From Candidatus Kuenenia stuttgartensis (GTDB taxonomy: Bacteria > Planctomycetota > Brocadiia > Brocadiales > Brocadiaceae), in contig NZ_LT934425.1 in the NCBI RefSeq assembly GCF_900232105.1, forward strand, positions 60,001-92,000: a stretch of DNA of 32,000 bases, written 5' to 3'. This document shows positions 10,174 through 19,886 of this stretch, in pieces. Made by a program: the position numbers and the translations under genes. Every line of letters begins with the position of its first letter. Position 1 is the stretch's first letter. The notes beneath the pieces were generated by a model, which saw only the letters and a list, made by a program, of their open reading frames with translations, was not told where the DNA came from and did not search any database.

Positions 10174-10596
10174 ATGCCTTCATCAAGGATAATGATTGTA
10201 GAGGATGAGCGACAAACAGTTGATACATTAAGGGATTTATTTGAACAATACGGTTATGAAACAGAGGTTGCCCTTAATAAAAATGTAGCGATGAATATTC
10301 TCCAGGAGAGAAAAATGGATGTTCTTATAATAAGCGAAATGGTTCAGGACATCCCTGGCATAGAAATTATGTACGATATCAGAAAAACAAACAAATTTTT
10401 ACCAATAATTATGATTTGTGATCAAAAATCAAAGCGCATTGAATCTTCTCTGATGAAGGCCGGCGCAAATATTGTTCTCTCTAAACCTTTAGACCCCATT
10501 ATTGCAGTGCAAACTATCGATAATTTGTTAAAGATGAAATATATCGCCGAAAACATAAAACCTAAAAAACGTAAAACCTCTCTAAAAAAGAAATAA
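10174..10596 (+). CDS. Response regulator receiver domain protein
   Basis: 140 aa; MIVEDERQTVDTLRDLFEQYGYE...SRIESSLMKAGANIVLSKPLDPIIAVQTID-type CheY fold. The usual phospho-acceptor region reads VLIISEMVQDIPG rather than a clear D. Confidence 0.75.
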   Translation: MPSSRIMIVEDERQTVDTLRDLFEQYGYETEVALNKNVAMNILQERKMDVLIISEMVQDIPGIEIMYDIRKTNKFLPIIMICDQKSKRIESSLMKAGANIVLSKPLDPIIAVQTIDNLLKMKYIAENIKPKKRKTSLKKK

Positions 10597-10631
10597 CTTT
10601 TCTCTCCCAATTTTTCATACCAATACGATTT

Positions 10632-12125
10632 ATGTTTCTATTTCAACGGTTATTGCATTTTTATATGAGAAGTTGCATAATTTTTATTGCCTTATTCACC
10701 TGTTTAACGTTGCCAGTCAAAGTAATCAAGGCTGAACCAACGCATCTCAATGAACAAATCAGGAATATTTTACAGAAATATTTATTAAAAAATGCTCACT
10801 GTGGAATCAGCGTTGTATCTCTAAAAACGAATACACCTGTCGTTAATTACCAAAGCAACGATTTATTCATGGTTGCATCTAATATGAAACTTGCAACAAC
10901 CGCAACCGCATTGGAATATTTAGGGACAGATTTTAAATACAATACCTCCGTTGAAGCAGATGGGAATATAAAGAGCGATGGAACACTTGAAGGCAACATT
11001 ATCATCAGGGGAAGCGGTGATCCAAATCTATCGGGAAGATTTTACAATAACAATATTTTAACTATTCCGAATGCATGGTTACAAGCAACAAAAAATCTTG
11101 GCATACAAAAAATTACAGGGGATATTGTAGCAGATGACTCAATCTTTGACCGCAATTATATCAACGATGCCTGGCCAAAAAACCAATTGCATGAGTGGTA
11201 TTGTGCGCCCACCAGCGGTTTATCATTTAATGATAATTGCATTGATATTATTTTCGTTCCCCGGAATAACGTAAATAAAAAAGTCTCGCTGCTAATTGAA
11301 CCGAACACTTCGTTTGTCACTATCCATAACGAGTGTATTTATACTTCTGAAGAGAAGCAACATGCGTATTCCATTTATCGAAAACCCGGAACAAACGATA
11401 TTTATGTTAAGGGGAAATTTTGGACGAACGCCTCTCAGAAACGGGAGTGGGTAAGTGTGCACAGTCCTTCACTCTATCTTGCAACACTTTTTAAAGAAAT
11501 GCTTAAAAATGGCGGTATATCTGTCTTTGGAATTGCCCGATTAATTAATGAAAACGACCGGATATCATATTCGAATAAACCTATTAAAATTGCCCAAACC
11601 ATTTCCACAATGGAACAATCTATTCACATCACAAACAAACGAAGCCAAAATTTCTATGCCGAACAAATAATAAAAACATTGGGAGCACATATAAAAGGCT
11701 GTGGCAATACAGAAAACGGTTTACAAGTTATTAGCGCTTTCATGAAAAAGTTAGGCTATGACAGTGAAGAGTATAAAATACGGGACGGGTCTGGTTTGTC
11801 AAAAGAAAACAAACTCTCGCCTAATATGATAACCACTCTTTTATCATATATGAATACACACAAACACGGCAAAGTGTTTTGCGACTCACTTCCAATTTCA
11901 GGCATAGATGGCGGACTTCACCGCCGTATGGCATCTCTACAATATAAGGGTAAAATTCACGCAAAAACCGGATACATTGCCGGAGCTTCGGCGCTTTCCG
12001 GTTATATTGATACCTCTAAAGGCGATAGACTTGCATTTTCTATTCTTATTAATAATTTTAAAAGCTTACGCGATGCCAAAAAAGCACAAGACGAGATTTG
12101 CCAATTTTTAGCAGATAATTTATAA
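10632..12125 (+). CDS. dacB: D-alanyl-D-alanine carboxypeptidase/endopeptidase (PBP4, S13)
   Basis: 497 aa; SNMKLATTATALEYLG (SxxK), RDGSGLSKENKLSP (SxN-like region), GKIHAKTGYIAGASALSGYI (KTG). Confidence 0.88.
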   Translation: MFLFQRLLHFYMRSCIIFIALFTCLTLPVKVIKAEPTHLNEQIRNILQKYLLKNAHCGISVVSLKTNTPVVNYQSNDLFMVASNMKLATTATALEYLGTDFKYNTSVEADGNIKSDGTLEGNIIIRGSGDPNLSGRFYNNNILTIPNAWLQATKNLGIQKITGDIVADDSIFDRNYINDAWPKNQLHEWYCAPTSGLSFNDNCIDIIFVPRNNVNKKVSLLIEPNTSFVTIHNECIYTSEEKQHAYSIYRKPGTNDIYVKGKFWTNASQKREWVSVHSPSLYLATLFKEMLKNGGISVFGIARLINENDRISYSNKPIKIAQTISTMEQSIHITNKRSQNFYAEQIIKTLGAHIKGCGNTENGLQVISAFMKKLGYDSEEYKIRDGSGLSKENKLSPNMITTLLSYMNTHKHGKVFCDSLPISGIDGGLHRRMASLQYKGKIHAKTGYIAGASALSGYIDTSKGDRLAFSILINNFKSLRDAKKAQDEICQFLADNL

Positions 12126-12134
12126 ACCATACAC

Positions 12135-12761
12135 ATGAGCGACCACTTAAAAAAAATATATTCACTTTATGCGTACGTTTACGACACGCTCTTCGGAAAA
12201 ATATTCGAACATGGCAGATGCACTGCTCTTAAGATGATGGATATTGAACCACATGATACCATTCTTGAAGTAGGTATTGGTACAGGGTTGTCATTGCCGC
12301 TTTATCCGAAGGGAATCAGTATAATAGGAATAGATTTGAGTGAAGAAATGTTACTGCGGGCAAAGACGAAGAAAATGAAATACACCTTGAATAACGTGCA
12401 CTTATCTACTATGGATGCATCACTACTGGCCTTCAGGAATAATACTTTTGATAAAGTCATCGCATCACATGTTATTACCGTAGTACCGGAACCCATACAC
12501 ACTTTGAATGAAATAAAAAGGGTTTGCAAAAAGGAAGGGGATATTTTTATCTTAAATTACGCCGGTATTGATAATCAGTTCATCTCCCGATTTGAAAAAA
12601 TTATCTCACCCATAAGGGATAAACTCGGTTTAGGAAAACATTTCGATCTTGACTTGTTATTAAAGGAGGCCAGCCTTCCTGTTATGAGTAAACAACAGGT
12701 AAATATTTTTAACGCATGTCAGATAATAAAATGTCGCAATAATACCTCCTCTGAAGCTTGA
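12135..12761 (+). CDS. Class I SAM-dependent methyltransferase (phospholipid N-methyltransferase-like)
   Basis: 208 aa; ILEVGIGTGLSLPLYPKGISIIGIDLSEEML... motif I and post-I. Confidence 0.82.
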   Translation: MSDHLKKIYSLYAYVYDTLFGKIFEHGRCTALKMMDIEPHDTILEVGIGTGLSLPLYPKGISIIGIDLSEEMLLRAKTKKMKYTLNNVHLSTMDASLLAFRNNTFDKVIASHVITVVPEPIHTLNEIKRVCKKEGDIFILNYAGIDNQFISRFEKIISPIRDKLGLGKHFDLDLLLKEASLPVMSKQQVNIFNACQIIKCRNNTSSEA

Positions 12762-12774
12762 AGGTCATTAATAA

Positions 12775-14073
12775 TTATCTTCCCACGCATAAATAATGAA
12801 AACCCAATTCTTTCATATCCTTAGGTTCGTATATATTTCTTCCGTCAACTATATTTGGACATTTTAAAAGTCTTTTTACTTTTTTAAGATCAAGGTCTCT
12901 AAACTCGTTCCACTCTGTTACAATAACCAGAGCATCACAGTTTTTAACCGCGGAATAAGGATCATCATAATATTTTATCCCTCTAAAGATAGTCTTTGCA
13001 TTATCCATTGCTTCAGGATCAAAGGCATTAATTTGAGCGCCCGCTTCCTGCAATTGCTTAATTAACGTTATAGAAGGCGCATCTCTCATATCATCTGTTT
13101 TTGGTTTAAACGCCAAACCCCATATAGCAATTTTTTTGTTCTTCATTTTGGGGACAAGTATTTGTATTTTTTCAAAAAGAGACCTCTTTTGTTGTTCATT
13201 TACCTCATTAACCGCTGTTAGTATTTTTGCATCAATGCCATTCTCATTCATTATTTGTATCAATGCATTTACATCCTTCGGAAAACATGACCCGCCATAT
13301 CCAATGCCTGCCTGAAGAAACCGTGGCCCTATTCTTGAATCTAATCCAGTCCCCTTCGCAATTTCTTTTATATCTCCACCAACTTTCTCACATAGTTGCG
13401 CTAATTCATTCATAAAAGAAATTCTCGTTGCAAGCATTGCATTACTCGCATACTTAATTAACTCCGCACTCCTTATATCAGTAAACATAATCGGTTTATC
13501 TGTTCTTGAAATACCATTATATATCGATTCCATAATCTTTTTTGCCTTTTCGCCTTGCACGCCTATTACAATTCTGTCCGGGTTGGTAAAATCCTTAATC
13601 GCCTCACCCTCTCGCATAAATTCAGGATTCGATGCCAAGTCAAACCTTATTGCTTTTTTTTGAAACGATTTTACCACTTTTCCTATTTTTTCTAATGTTC
13701 CGACAGGTGCAGTACTTTTATTCACTATAACTTTATACCCATTCATGTATTTTCCAATACTTTCAGCAACCGAAATAATAGCGGAAATATCAGCGCAATT
13801 ATTAAGGTCGGATGGTGTTCCCACCCCAATAAAAATAACGTCTGACTTTTGAATGCCATCTTTAATATTTGTTGTAAAAGTAATCCTCCGCACTCTTGCA
13901 TTTCTTTCCAGCATGTCTTTAAGACCGGGTTCATATATAGGAATGATACCTTTTTTCAAATTATCTATTTTGCCTTTATTAGAATCTACGCATATAACAT
14001 CGTTGCCCATATCTGCAAGACATGTGCCTGCCACAAGACCTACATAACCGCTGCCAATACAACATATTTTCAA
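12775..14073 (-). CDS. UDP-glucose/GDP-mannose dehydrogenase family protein
   Basis: 432 aa; MKICCIGSGYVGLVAGTCLADMG, GIGYGGSCFPKDV catalytic Cys motif, IAIWGLAFKPKTDDMRDAPS. Confidence 0.93.
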   Translation of the reverse strand: MKICCIGSGYVGLVAGTCLADMGNDVICVDSNKGKIDNLKKGIIPIYEPGLKDMLERNARVRRITFTTNIKDGIQKSDVIFIGVGTPSDLNNCADISAIISVAESIGKYMNGYKVIVNKSTAPVGTLEKIGKVVKSFQKKAIRFDLASNPEFMREGEAIKDFTNPDRIVIGVQGEKAKKIMESIYNGISRTDKPIMFTDIRSAELIKYASNAMLATRISFMNELAQLCEKVGGDIKEIAKGTGLDSRIGPRFLQAGIGYGGSCFPKDVNALIQIMNENGIDAKILTAVNEVNEQQKRSLFEKIQILVPKMKNKKIAIWGLAFKPKTDDMRDAPSITLIKQLQEAGAQINAFDPEAMDNAKTIFRGIKYYDDPYSAVKNCDALVIVTEWNEFRDLDLKKVKRLLKCPNIVDGRNIYEPKDMKELGFHYLCVGR

Positions 14074-14202
14074 TTATCGCCCTCCCCGTATTATTTTTGC
14101 CACTATCATCCTTAAAAAGAAAAAGCAGCAAGATAAATGAAATGACATTCATCATTACTGCTTTTTCAATGATCCCAGATTTTAATTCTCTAAACCGTCA
14201 TG

Positions 14203-14931
14203 TTATTGCAAAGGATTATTAATGCGTCTCGTCTTAAAAACATGCCTAGTTTTCCCTATTCTGTACTCGCCATCTACCGACACGATTATTTCTTTTACCA
14301 TACTGTTTACCGATACATTTTCGGATTCACCTTCGGTCAGAATAACATCATACGTCAATGACCAATCTTTTATATCCTTATCGGGATCAACAAATATTGA
14401 TCCGAAATGATTGGTAAGTGAACTAACCTTATCAGTAACAAAGATTATTCTGTAGTTGTTAAGATTAAACATATGTTCCTGAAATACTTTTGGAGACTGA
14501 TGGATTGGTTGACATTCAGGAATTAATTCTGAGATTTTTCCCAGAGGTACCGGACCATCCGTAAAGTTCACATAGTATTCACTCACACGGTATGTTTCCC
14601 CGCCATTTGATCTGTCAACACCATAATAAATTCTTAACTCTATATTAGTATTATTTCTTTTTAAATAGTACAGATCGTGTAGCGGAACATCATACAAAAA
14701 AGTTTTTTTCAAACCGTCCTCTTCCTCCGGAGTAACTATTCTGTATCTCCTGAAAGGTTCTTCTTCACAATATAAGTAATTTGGCGTACCAAACTTCTCC
14801 CGAACTGCATTTTTTGTCAACCATAAGATGCCATCTTCCAAACTCTCTGAAGCATGCAAGCTGCAGACAAAACCAAATATAATACTGCACAAACTAAAAA
14901 CCAAGGCCATCGAACGTATTTTCTTTACCAT
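14203..14931 (-). CDS. Hypothetical secreted protein
   Basis: 242-aa ORF with signal peptide-like N-terminus (MALVFSLCSIIFGFVCSLHA). Confidence 0.6.
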   Translation of the reverse strand: MVKKIRSMALVFSLCSIIFGFVCSLHASESLEDGILWLTKNAVREKFGTPNYLYCEEEPFRRYRIVTPEEEDGLKKTFLYDVPLHDLYYLKRNNTNIELRIYYGVDRSNGGETYRVSEYYVNFTDGPVPLGKISELIPECQPIHQSPKVFQEHMFNLNNYRIIFVTDKVSSLTNHFGSIFVDPDKDIKDWSLTYDVILTEGESENVSVNSMVKEIIVSVDGEYRIGKTRHVFKTRRINNPLQ

Positions 14932-15238
14932 AATTACGAATTCCTTCCTTAAAATAGAAATATCTTCACTATTTAATACAAAAAAAGCTGTTTTGAGTGG
15001 TCAGACTGCCCTAAAATCAAAGTAAGCCGAAGTATATAAATTATCAATAAATTTGTCAATTAATAATTTAGAAATTAAAATCTCCAATTATTTCAATAGC
15101 AAAAGCGCCACTCATTTAAAATCATTGACAACCAATATTGCAATTGATAGAATTCTGTTTAAAAATTATAAATCTTGAACATACTTGAGTTTATGTCTGA
15201 TATAGTAATATTGTTTAAATTTCTTTCTGGAGTTATCA

Positions 15239-16981
15239 TTGAAAGTTTTTGTTGCTAAAACCGCAGGTTTTTGTATGGGAGTCCGAAGGGCAATGGATAT
15301 CCTGCTCGATGCGGCGAATGAAAAAAATATTGGCGCTAAAGTTTATACGGACGGTCCGTTAATCCATAATCCGCAAGTGCTTGAATATCTTGAAAAAAGA
15401 GACCTTCACATTGTTAATGATGTTACAGACCTCTCGAATAGCACCGTTGTCATCAGAGCGCATGGAGTGACTCCATCCCGAAGAGCGGAAATCGAAAGTA
15501 AAGGCGCAAAAGTATGCGACGCTACCTGTCCGCATGTAATGAGGGTGCAATCTATCATCAAAAAATATGCCGCACAGGGATATTCGACGATAATTGTCGG
15601 CGATAATGGACATGCCGAGGTGGTAGGATTGCTCGGTTATGCCGAGGGAAGAGGGCATGTAGTTGAAAACATGGAAAATATAGAACTACTTCCCCCTATG
15701 GATAAGGTATGCATTGTCGCCCAAACAACGCAAGACAGGCATTTATTTAAGAGGGCTATCGATGAAATAAAAAGACGTTATCCGAATTCAGAATCTTTTG
15801 AAACTATTTGCAGTTCCACCTACAAAAGACAGGATGAAGTAGTGAATCTCTGTAAATCTGTAGATGCAATGATTGTTGTTGGGGGCAGGGGAAGCGCAAA
15901 TACAACACGGCTAGTTACAATATGCGAATCACAGGGAACTCCGACATTTCACGTTGAAACAGACTCAGAAATAGACCTCAATAAATTAAAAGTTTTTAAT
16001 ACCATTGGCGTTACTGCAGGTGCATCAACACCAAATTGGATGATCAAAAGGGTTGTTGACAAAGTAAGAACATACAAGGTCAATAAATACCAAAAAATCT
16101 TATTTGCTACAAAAAGTATCTTTAATTTTTTAATAGGCAGTTGCACGTATGTAGCATTAGGTGCGGCAAGCATGAGTTATTCGTGTGCACTGCTGCTTGG
16201 TGTTCAGCCAAGATTGATTTTTTGCATAATCGCCGCTCTTTTCATTTTTTCAATGCAGGTACTTAATCATTTTGCCAACAAAGAATCCGTGGCACTCAAC
16301 GAGCCGGCGCGGGCAAAATTTTATGAAAAAAAGCAGGTCCTTTTTGTTATTTTAGGCATATTAGGAGCGGCCTTATCTTCAATTCTTGGGCTATACCACG
16401 GCAAATCCATCTTTTTTTGTGTTTTTCTCGCCAGTCTTTTTGGTATTTTTTACCGGCTGCAAATTATACCAAAGAGTTTTTCAGGTTTTATCCGGTACAG
16501 AAGCCTTGAGCAAATACCGGGTTCAAAAGAAATTTTCTACGGCATCGCCTGGGCAGCAAGCACCGCTTTAATTCCTTTTCTGGGTGTACGGAGAGACTTC
16601 ATACCGGCGCTTGCCATTACGGTTGCATTCGCATTCAGTCTCGCTTTTATACGCGCTGTCGTTCTTGATATTCGGGATATTCAGGGGGACCGCATTTTGG
16701 GCAAAGAAACCATTCCTATCGCAATTGGAAAAGAACGCACAAAAAAAATTCTTGTTAGCATTACCCTTTTCATGGCATCTCTTCTTATAGCAGGCACACT
16801 CCTTGGATGGATATCAACGCTGGGATATTTTTTGCTTCCGTGCATAGCTTATGCCTCCGGTTATCAATATCTTTTCCAAAAAAGAATAATAACGGAAGGA
16901 TTGCTGCTGGAAACGATAGCAGATTTTAATTTTATTTTTGCCGGTCTTATGGCGATTTTATGGCAATCTTTAACTTTTTAA
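15239..16981 (+). CDS. ispH: Fusion: 4-hydroxy-3-methylbut-2-enyl diphosphate reductase (IspH/LytB) + UbiA-like prenyltransferase domain
   Basis: 580 aa, TTG start. Residues about 1-280: KTAGFCMGVRRAMDI, VIRAHGVTPSRR, CDATCPHV, VGVTAGASTPNW-like. Residues about 290-580: multi-TM with DIRDIQGDRILGKETIPIAIGKERTKK (UbiA second motif). Confidence 0.88.
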   Translation: MKVFVAKTAGFCMGVRRAMDILLDAANEKNIGAKVYTDGPLIHNPQVLEYLEKRDLHIVNDVTDLSNSTVVIRAHGVTPSRRAEIESKGAKVCDATCPHVMRVQSIIKKYAAQGYSTIIVGDNGHAEVVGLLGYAEGRGHVVENMENIELLPPMDKVCIVAQTTQDRHLFKRAIDEIKRRYPNSESFETICSSTYKRQDEVVNLCKSVDAMIVVGGRGSANTTRLVTICESQGTPTFHVETDSEIDLNKLKVFNTIGVTAGASTPNWMIKRVVDKVRTYKVNKYQKILFATKSIFNFLIGSCTYVALGAASMSYSCALLLGVQPRLIFCIIAALFIFSMQVLNHFANKESVALNEPARAKFYEKKQVLFVILGILGAALSSILGLYHGKSIFFCVFLASLFGIFYRLQIIPKSFSGFIRYRSLEQIPGSKEIFYGIAWAASTALIPFLGVRRDFIPALAITVAFAFSLAFIRAVVLDIRDIQGDRILGKETIPIAIGKERTKKILVSITLFMASLLIAGTLLGWISTLGYFLLPCIAYASGYQYLFQKRIITEGLLLETIADFNFIFAGLMAILWQSLTF

Positions 16982-17001
16982 TTCGATAAAGTAAGGCGTG
17001 T

Positions 17002-17700
17002 ATGGAAACATTAAACAAATTTTTCAATCTATTAAAAACAGACATCCGAAAAAGGATGTTAACGGGCTTGTTATTAATCATCCCCATTTACGTAACCTTT
17101 TTTGTTGTAAAATTTCTCTTTAGTTTTATTGGGGGGACTCTTTCTCCACTTATAAAAAAAATATTTCTTTTATTTGATGCTGAGCTGCCAAAAACATCCG
17201 CCGATGAATTTATAATTACGTTCATCGGGCTTATCTTCACATTCGCCTCATTGTATTTTATAGGTGTCTTCGCCGCGAATATTATCGGCAAATCAATAAT
17301 TCATTATTTTGAAAACCTTTTAACAAAAACACCTGTTATTAACAATATTTATTCCACCGTGAAACAGATCGTACACGCAGTAAGCCTCCCCGGCAAACAA
17401 GCTTTCAAACGTGTTATTATACTGGATTTTCCAAAAGAAGGCACAAAAGCAATTGGTTTTGTAACAGGCAGCGTAAAAGAGAACGGCAAAGAAATATTTA
17501 TTAGTGTTTTTGTACCAACCACTCCAAACCCCACATCTGGTTTTTTGATATATACGACAGAAGATGCGGTGATAGACACAAACCTTACCGTTGAAGAGGC
17601 ATTTAAAGCACTGCTATCTGGCGGCGTATTAACTCCTAAACAATTTGCAACAATTTTAAAAACACCGCCCGACACGAAGTCTTCTGAAAAAAATACCTGA
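17002..17700 (+). CDS. DUF502-family membrane protein
   Basis: 232 aa; LTGLLLIIPIYVTFFVV, PLIKKIFL, NNIYSTVKQIVHAV, VFVPTTPNPTSGFL, MKxLLSGG-like FKALLSGG. Confidence 0.85.
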   Translation: METLNKFFNLLKTDIRKRMLTGLLLIIPIYVTFFVVKFLFSFIGGTLSPLIKKIFLLFDAELPKTSADEFIITFIGLIFTFASLYFIGVFAANIIGKSIIHYFENLLTKTPVINNIYSTVKQIVHAVSLPGKQAFKRVIILDFPKEGTKAIGFVTGSVKENGKEIFISVFVPTTPNPTSGFLIYTTEDAVIDTNLTVEEAFKALLSGGVLTPKQFATILKTPPDTKSSEKNT

Positions 17701-17742
17701 ACCATTTCACACTACAGGTCATTTATCAAAATCGGCATTTGT

Positions 17743-18185
17743 TTAGCCAACGCTTTTGATAAAATCCAGGTCGTTCAATGCTCCGTGTTTATAAGTGTAT
17801 TGCTCCTTGATTATCTGAATTTCAGACAGCACTACATTGAAAGTCTCAATCAGCCCAGGATCAAAATGCGTCCCGGCGCATTCCCCTATTTCACGCACCG
17901 CCTCTTCTATAGACCATGCCTTTTTGAAGGACGATCTATTGTCAGGGCGTCGAAAACATCGGCTATGGTGATAATCCTGCCAGACAGCGGGATTTCCTCG
18001 CCCCTGAGCTTCTTGGGGTAACCACTCCCGTCCCATTTTTTGTGGTGAGTTAGCGCGAGTATGCATGCTGTCTGGCGCAGAATTCCGGGATGGTTCCCGA
18101 TAATTTCTGCACACATTGCCGGGTGCATACGCATAACCACCCATTCGGTTTCATCGGGCTTACCAAGCTTGAGGAGTATATTGTA
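17743..18185 (-). pseudogene. HD-GYP domain phosphodiesterase, 5'-truncated and frameshifted
   Basis: NILLKLGKPDETEWVVMRMHPAMCAEIIG...LTHHKKWDGSGYPKKLRGEEIPLSGRIITIADVFDALTIDRP, then in another frame KAWSIEEAVREIGECAGTHFDPGLIETF. Confidence 0.85.
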
Positions 18186-19193
18186 TTGAAAATTAGGTGT
18201 CAATAGCGAAGCAAGTTCTTCTTTATGCTGCGAATGGTTTTTTTGCAAGCAGTCCATTATAGCGTTTTTAAATTTTGCAAACTCTGAATAATACTTTGAA
18301 TATAAGCACTGTTTTTTGACAAATTTCCAAAGCCGCTCAATAAGATTGAGGTTCGGTGAATACGGGGGCAAAAAAACCAACTCAATATGCAACTGTGCTG
18401 CCAGATTCTTAACAACGGTACACTTCTGATAACGGGCATTGTCTAATATGAAGGTAATAGGCATCGCTAAATTTAAACAGGCAGTTTTCCATAGTAAATC
18501 ACAAACACTTTGAGCATCTATGTAAGTCTCATTGGTTATGGTAATCAGTTAATGGGTTATTGCATTCAACGCTCCAAGGACATTCAACCGTTGCCTTCCG
18601 GAAGGCGCTTTGATAAATACACTGGCAAAGCACCAAAGACACCCTAAAAAGGGGCTAACACAAAATGAGCCGCATCAATAAAGAATACGGTTCTTTTCCC
18701 TTCTTCGGCTTCTTTGAGAAAGGGTTCTAACGTTTTTTTTAAAGGCTTCTTGCTCGTCAACATTAACTTTGGAGGGAATTGTGCCTACTTTACGACGGTG
18801 TAAACCAATCTTCTTGAGAAATTTCGCCACTTGTTTTTCACTGCGCTTGAGCCCTGTTAGCTTCTCTATTACGCCAATTGCTTCTTTCATTGTCACGGGT
18901 GGGTGTTCGCGGAAATAATTCTCAATCGTTTGTTTATGCTCGCTGAGTTTACTTTCAGGACGATAAAAATTGATCTCTTTTAATTTCTCTATACCTCCAT
19001 CCTGATATTCTTTGATATACTGGGTAACAACATTAATCGAGATTCCGGTTAATTGTGCTATTTTGTTATACGGCTCTCCTTGACTCTTGAACCACAGCGC
19101 TTCCATCTTTCGTTGCACTCGTGTATGGGGATGATGATATCGTTCATAATTTAATGCTTTTATGTCTTCTTCAGTAAACGCTATTTTTATCAT
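18186..19193 (-). pseudogene. IS630-family transposase relic (frameshift + stop)
   Basis: MIKIAFTEEDIKALNYERYHH...GLHRRKVGTIPSKV... then ...RQRLNVLGALNAITH*LITITNETYIDAQSV...FILDNARYQKC...IELVFLPPYSPNLNLIERLWKFVKK. Confidence 0.88.
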
Positions 19194-19302
19194 AATCTCC
19201 TCATGGTTCAGGCCAAAAATAACACCTAAAAAAACCATATAATAAAGAATTCCATATATTCGTCCTCTAATACTTATATAGAAATAAAATAGTAAATTTA
19301 AT

Positions 19303-19680
19303 ATGGTGTCCTCTAAATTCATGTATGGCAAGGAACCACCGGAATGGTTGCTTACAAAGCCTATTCTTTCTCTTTTAGAAACAAAAAATAAGTATCTGGC
19401 ATATAGGAAAATGGTACAAAGTTATTCCAGGGAAGAAACAAAAATATTGGAAGATTTCCGGCATGGTCTTTTTTTGAGTTCCCGGAAGTTGATTGACCGT
19501 ATAAAGTCAAAATATTTGGCAGAGAACTTGATGTTGAAATACCTCAAAAACGGCAAGTATTAAGGGGCACTAACCCTGAAAATATTCACAAGAAAGCCGC
19601 AAAGATTTTAAAATGTGATACAAACAATTTTTTACAATCCGCAAGAGTAAGAGAAGCGAAGGGGGGGGCAAATCTCTATT
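19303..19680 (+). pseudogene. C-terminal relic of a REP-associated/Y1-type transposase-like protein
   Basis: KNKYLAYRKMVQSYSREETKILEDFRHGLFLSSRKLIDRIKSKYL followed in a shifted frame by RGTNPENIHKKAAKILKCD; resembles the C-terminal extension of such proteins. Confidence 0.5.
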
Positions 19681-19886
19681 GTTGACAAATATGTCATTTT
19701 AAAAGATTTGACCCCACAAATGCCACTCATTATAGCAACCTCCTCAATGCATATAGTTAGTATCGCCAAAGACTAATAATTTAATTACTTTCTTAGTGAT
19801 TGAGAAGTAATGAAAGTTAAACAAAAAAATGACACTATATACCGGTGTACATAATGCCATTTTATTATGAGGAGATATTGCTTCTG

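Noticed and set aside
4813-18580. Recurrent in-frame TAA/TAG at positions normally Glu (GG*EF, SD*SKF, NAITH*LIT) as possible stop-codon recoding
   Set aside because: All cases sit in genes that also have frameshifts or missing ends, while intact genes such as smpB terminate normally at TAA. Simple G-to-T decay of GAA codons explains them.
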